Assembly (NCBI GenBank): GCA_001179505.1
Contig: CDMY01000418.1
Coordinates: forward strand, 1-64,000
Direction of reading: 5' to 3'
Length of the DNA: 64,000 nt
Source: Vitrella brassicaformis CCMP3155
Taxonomy: Eukaryota > Protista > Chromerida
Made by a program: the position numbers and the translations under genes. The notes under the pieces were generated by a model. It was not told the DNA's origin. It made no database searches and was given only the letters and a program-made list of their open reading frames with translations. This document shows positions 59,641 through 64,000 of the stretch, one piece after another (the stretch's first letter is position 1; each line of letters opens with the position of its first letter).

Positions 59641-62600
59641 TCAGTCATGTCCTCAGGAGAATGACGCTTCGCTCAAAGGGAGGGAGGTGTTCTAGGAGCG
59701 CCTGGCCTCATCGGATTCCGTCATCGAGCACACAGATATCCGGCCGAAAGCGCCCAGGATGAGCTGTGGGCGTGCGTGTGCGTGTGTGGCTGTTTCACCC
59801 ACATGAGTTGCCCTCCTCCGTCGGGGGGTCGGGACTCGCTCCGCGCTCGCCGCGTCGCGAAATGCATGCAAAGCCCCCAAGCTCGCATGAGGCCCCCATC
59901 AAGACGAATGAAAAAGTCTCGAGGCCCCAATTTGGCCCCAATTTACAAACACGAGCTTTCCTGTCTCGCTTCTGCGTCGTCTCGTTTTCCCAAACTGAGT
60001 CCCAGTCTTCCGCCCTCCCAGCCCAGCGTCTTCGGCCTCTGCAGGAGCCAGGTCTAGATCTGCTCGGCGAGCACTTCGGCCAGGCGTCTCCTCTCCTCCC
60101 CTCTCGCCCAGGCCTTGTCATCTCCTTCTCGGCGGCTCCGGCACCGTCCATCAGCTGCAAAAAGGAGGAATGCATGCAAACATGCATATGCTGTGCGTTC
60201 TTTCGATGCGGTCAGATGCGGTTCGCAGGCAGCCACGCCACAACGGCAATGAGGCTCTGCAAGGACACGATGGACCACAACGGCAAATGGCCCTGATGGT
60301 GCTTCGGTGCTTGACCATCTGACTTTGTCCTTGCACTCAATACTGAGAAGCAACTGGGCAAGTACGCAGGTTATGAGCCACATACATCCTGTCTGTCTGT
60401 GTGTCTCTCCCTTGTACGCCCACGTCCGACATCTCTTCGTATCATGACTCTAATCATCGACTTATCGCTAGGAGCGTACGGATTTTCCGAGCGGCTATCG
60501 GCAGTCGCACTGGCGCACTTCGACTTTGACGAGTGTTCGCTTCGATCGTCTTGCACGAGTGACGACGATTATTCCTATCTACGACGGCTTTCGGTCGCTA
60601 CGGTTCCTCAGGTGGTCGCTACACTCCTCAGGTCTCCCTCTGGACTGACGGCCTCGACTATTATCGCCGGAGTGTTGGTATTGTGTCATCGTCGTGTACC
60701 CTCATCGATATGAAGAGAAAGTCTCGCGAGCACGGCGCCTCTTCAATGAACTCTCATCCATCGAGTCGCGACGTCGGGCGTATCGCATTCGGGGCAACGT
60801 GCCTTCAACGTGTCGCAGCGGCATCGGCCGTCGATTCGATCTCATATGTCTCGGTCGCTGCGCGTTATGGGGGCGTTGGGCGAGTACGATCTCTCATCCG
60901 TCGCATTACGACAGCGGTCCTTATCACATACAGGGCAGCTTGCCTTCGTCAATTCCCGTCTGCGTACGGTGCCGATTGGGTTATGCGCGTCTCACTCGTT
61001 CTGCGTCTGTAGGCGCTGAAAATACTAGTACGTCAAAGTACGTCTGAGGGACAACGACCTGTCTCTGTCGAATTGCGTCAGCGACCTTATCGTACGCGAG
61101 GTGTTGTGCCCTCGCCGATTAGCGGCTACTTAGTCCAGTGACTATATACGAGTCTCGGCTGTTCCACGACTGGGTGCGTCGAGGGGAGCGAAGTCTTATC
61201 TGTTTCACTACGAGAGCGGTCTTTATCATCTTCAGGGAGGCTTGCTCTTGCCGGTCCGCTACGCGGCACCGTCATTTCGCGGTTCAGTCCTTGTTGCGTC
61301 TGTGGACTGCGGGGAGACATCAAACCCTCGTCCATCGAATTACATCTCCGCTCTCAGCGATCGTGGTCGTACTCAGGGCTGCGTGCCCTCGCCAATTCGC
61401 AGTTGTGCACGCCATCGATTTGATTTTGTGTGTCTCGGCCAATGCGCGTTCCGGGGACGTTGGGGGAGAAGGTGGCTCTCTTCGTCGGAGTGCAGCAGCG
61501 CCAATTCCGCAGTCTTGAGCATGCCGTCGCCGATTTGCGGCTGCTTAGACTATTGACTCACACGTCTTGATCTGGACGCGCCGTGGGGGACGATGTCTTG
61601 TTCGTCAAATTACAACATTCAAGGCAGCGCGCTCGTGTCCAGGTCCATTGGGCGTCGATCATTGACTCGATTTCGGGTCCATCGTCGGGCGAGACTATAC
61701 GTCTTCACCATCTCAAGTTCTGCGTGTGTCACAAAGTGTGGCTGCGTCACGCGCCGGCTCGTGGGGCACAAGGTATGGGTGTTGTGGAGCTGCGCGTCTT
61801 GCGTCGATCGTTAACAAAAGCCTCCGTCCAATCGTTTGTCCTCTGCCGTGGGAGGCTCGGTCTTGTTATCGGTGCGAGGGTGTGCGGCTTATCGAGTCAA
61901 GACGCGTAAGTCGAGGACGAAGACGCAACGATGGTGCGTGCTTTGTCGAGCGGAAGGGGAGAAGTCGTCGTCAAACGGGATTCCTTTCTATTGTCGCGTC
62001 GGCGTCGGAGAGGTCTTCGACAGGTCTCGTATCTTTCTTCGTCGTCGTTGTGATGCTCTTGGTAGCCCTTCCCCTTGTCTGTTGCGGCGAGCTACCCCTA
62101 TGAATGCAACGCGGCGTGTTTGTTGGGAGACAACGAATTCATGGCGGGGCAAAGCGGCATGTCTCGTGCGTTTCTGGCTACGCACCGGTCGACTGTCGGG
62201 CACGTGCCCGGGCCGCGATTGTGTCGCCCTCTATCAATACAGCCACGTCGTCGAGGGGAAGCAAGGGGTTCTCATCAATTCACTGTCTGTAAGCTTATCG
62301 TGCATGTGCGCCATCGTCATCGATTCAAGGTCCTAGCTGTATGCTCAGTCGTGTCTGACACAAGTATTGGCGTCCTGAGGCTGAAGGCAACTGAGTCGTG
62401 TCGTCTCGTGCAGCTTCTAAGAGCTGTCGATGGTACTTGATGGATCGCAGCCGTATTTCAGCGTGATGTGCGTCGTGGGATTTGGCCGTATATTGTGCTC
62501 GTCGTATGAGGGCCGCACGCCTCTGCTGTCGTTGGCAACCTCGTTTCTCGACCTGTGAAGCCTCGCTATTCTCATTTATGGTCCATAGCGTCTTCCGGTT

Positions 62601-62856
62601 CGTCAACGAGACATACCTCCTCTACGCTTTCGATCGGGACTGTGCTGCCTGACAAAGTGGCGCATGATTGCGGAGTCGCACTCTTCTTTTACCCGTTGGG
62701 TCTCTCGCGTCTCTTGAAGGTCTGCATTCTTTGGGCTTGCTCATCGCAACCAATCCCATCCTGAGTCGTCGAGTGCAAGCGAGCGGGGGTTGCGTGCGCT
62801 GTTGTGCGACCGAATGTGCCGAGACGTCTTACTTCTTCCCCGCGGCTGCTCTAGAA

Positions 62857-63234
62857 CACCCCGTTGAAGCCTCCTCCCTTTGATTTGAATTCTTTAAAAA
62901 TTGCTCCCCTTTTTTTATTTTTATTTGAGACTTTTTAAGATTATTCCTTTGATTTTGAGGGGTTTGCGAAGTTTTAAAATGAAAATGGCTGGCAAGAATG
63001 TGGCGACATGAAGAGGGTCTAAACCTGTTTTCGATGCCTAAAACAAGCCTCAAAATAGCATTTCCTGCCCCCCCCCGGTCATCGCCTTAAGTTCTTAAAA
63101 TTTCTCGTCTAATTTTTTATTTATTTGCGTCGTTTTAAATATCTTCCAGCGGTTTGCCGGTTTTTAAATACTTTTCGTCACATTTGGGACTTTTTAAAAA
63201 TTGCGCGATCAGGGGAGGAGGCTTCAACGGGGTG
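62857..63234. mobile_element. Complete 378-bp hAT-type MITE, copy 2, opposite orientation to copy 1
   Basis: TIR CACCCCGTTGAAGCCTCCTCCC at both ends. 8-bp TSD ctctagaa at 62849-62856 and 63235-63242. Confidence 0.93.
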
Positions 63235-63683
63235 CTCTAGAATCCGCGCGCCCGTTACTCTGTCGCTTAATCCCGATGTTCCACTCGTGTCGTCGTGGAG
63301 TAGTCACAATTGCCTCACTGCCTTCGCATCGGCGGCGGCGCTCACGACTTATTGCCAATCCATTCTTTCTCTGACCGCGCCTTCTTGCGCCACGCCGACA
63401 ATCAGAGATTGCAGAGACCTGACTGTGCGTCTGCACCTTCCAACCGTCGGGGCCGTCGATGAATCACAGCGTCGAACACATAGTGTATCCATCCGTTATG
63501 GGTCGTCCGTATTGTGTACGTATTTTGAGTCATGCAAATCGTTATACGAAGCATCGATCGTTTTTTGTATGCGCGTATCCGCCTCGTCTGCTGTGTCTCG
63601 AGCTAGAGACATGTCGCTCGTAACCGAATCACAGTCTACTGCAAGCTCCATCCCACTACTGATGGAACGACCATGGGCATGGG

Positions 63684-64000
63684 CTGTGTTGTCTCACGAC
63701 ACGCAGGTGCCCGAGAGGCGACTATCTGTCGTCTCTCGCTGCGCTGTCCGCGGCACGCGCCATTCTTGCGCCGGCTGCCATGTCAGGTGCGGAGGTTGCT
63801 GGAGCCAGCGACTGGATCAGCTTATCGCGTTTCTCCCACCCTCCCAGCCCGGCAGCGCCCCCTGTGTTGTCTCACGACACGCAGGTGCCGGGAGGCGACT
63901 ATATCTGTCGTCTCTCGCTGCGCTGTCCGCGGCACGCGCCATTCTTGCGCCGCTTGTCCATTTCAGGTGCGGAGGTTGCTGGAGCCAGCAGGCAAGAGCG
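63684..64000. repeat. 178-bp tandem repeat (two units, runs off the window end)
   Basis: ctgtgttgtctcacgacacgcaggtgcc... starts at 63684 and 63862. Confidence 0.85.

Noticed and set aside
1-64000. tRNA, rRNA or spliced-leader RNA genes
   Set aside because: No convincing cloverleaf, rRNA or leader motifs were seen by eye. tRNAscan-SE and Infernal would be needed to exclude them.

Overview
Eukaryotic nuclear DNA, GC-rich, with short (~45-80 nt) introns and five 300-N scaffold gaps. A light-harvesting protein with a signal plus transit peptide and an ERK7-type MAPK point to a photosynthetic alveolate such as Vitrella; the species is my inference. Spliced host genes: ERK7/MAPK15-like kinase (27252-29467), NAP/SET histone chaperone (35423-36837), Lhcr-like LHC (37828-38809) head-to-head with a signal-peptide ORF, a GT64/EXTL-like glycosyltransferase (~57570-58707) and a hypothetical gene (42166-44640). 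Most of the rest is repeat or transposon derived. It includes a frameshifted Ty1/copia gag-pol with no detectable direct LTR pair, bracketed instead by ~550-bp ~97% identical INVERTED repeats (top finding). Also present: a chromodomain Ty3/gypsy remnant, four CRE-like non-LTR fragments, two copies of a hAT-type MITE (22-bp TIR, 8-bp TSD), a foldback element, a TIR-less element bounded by TCGAT, an AT-rich 1.3-kb foreign-looking insert in a repeat whose empty site is also in the window, an orphan CDKL-kinase exon, GH16-like fragments and a 33-bp Cys-His-Gly coding-like array. All alignments were made by eye and no database searches were run.
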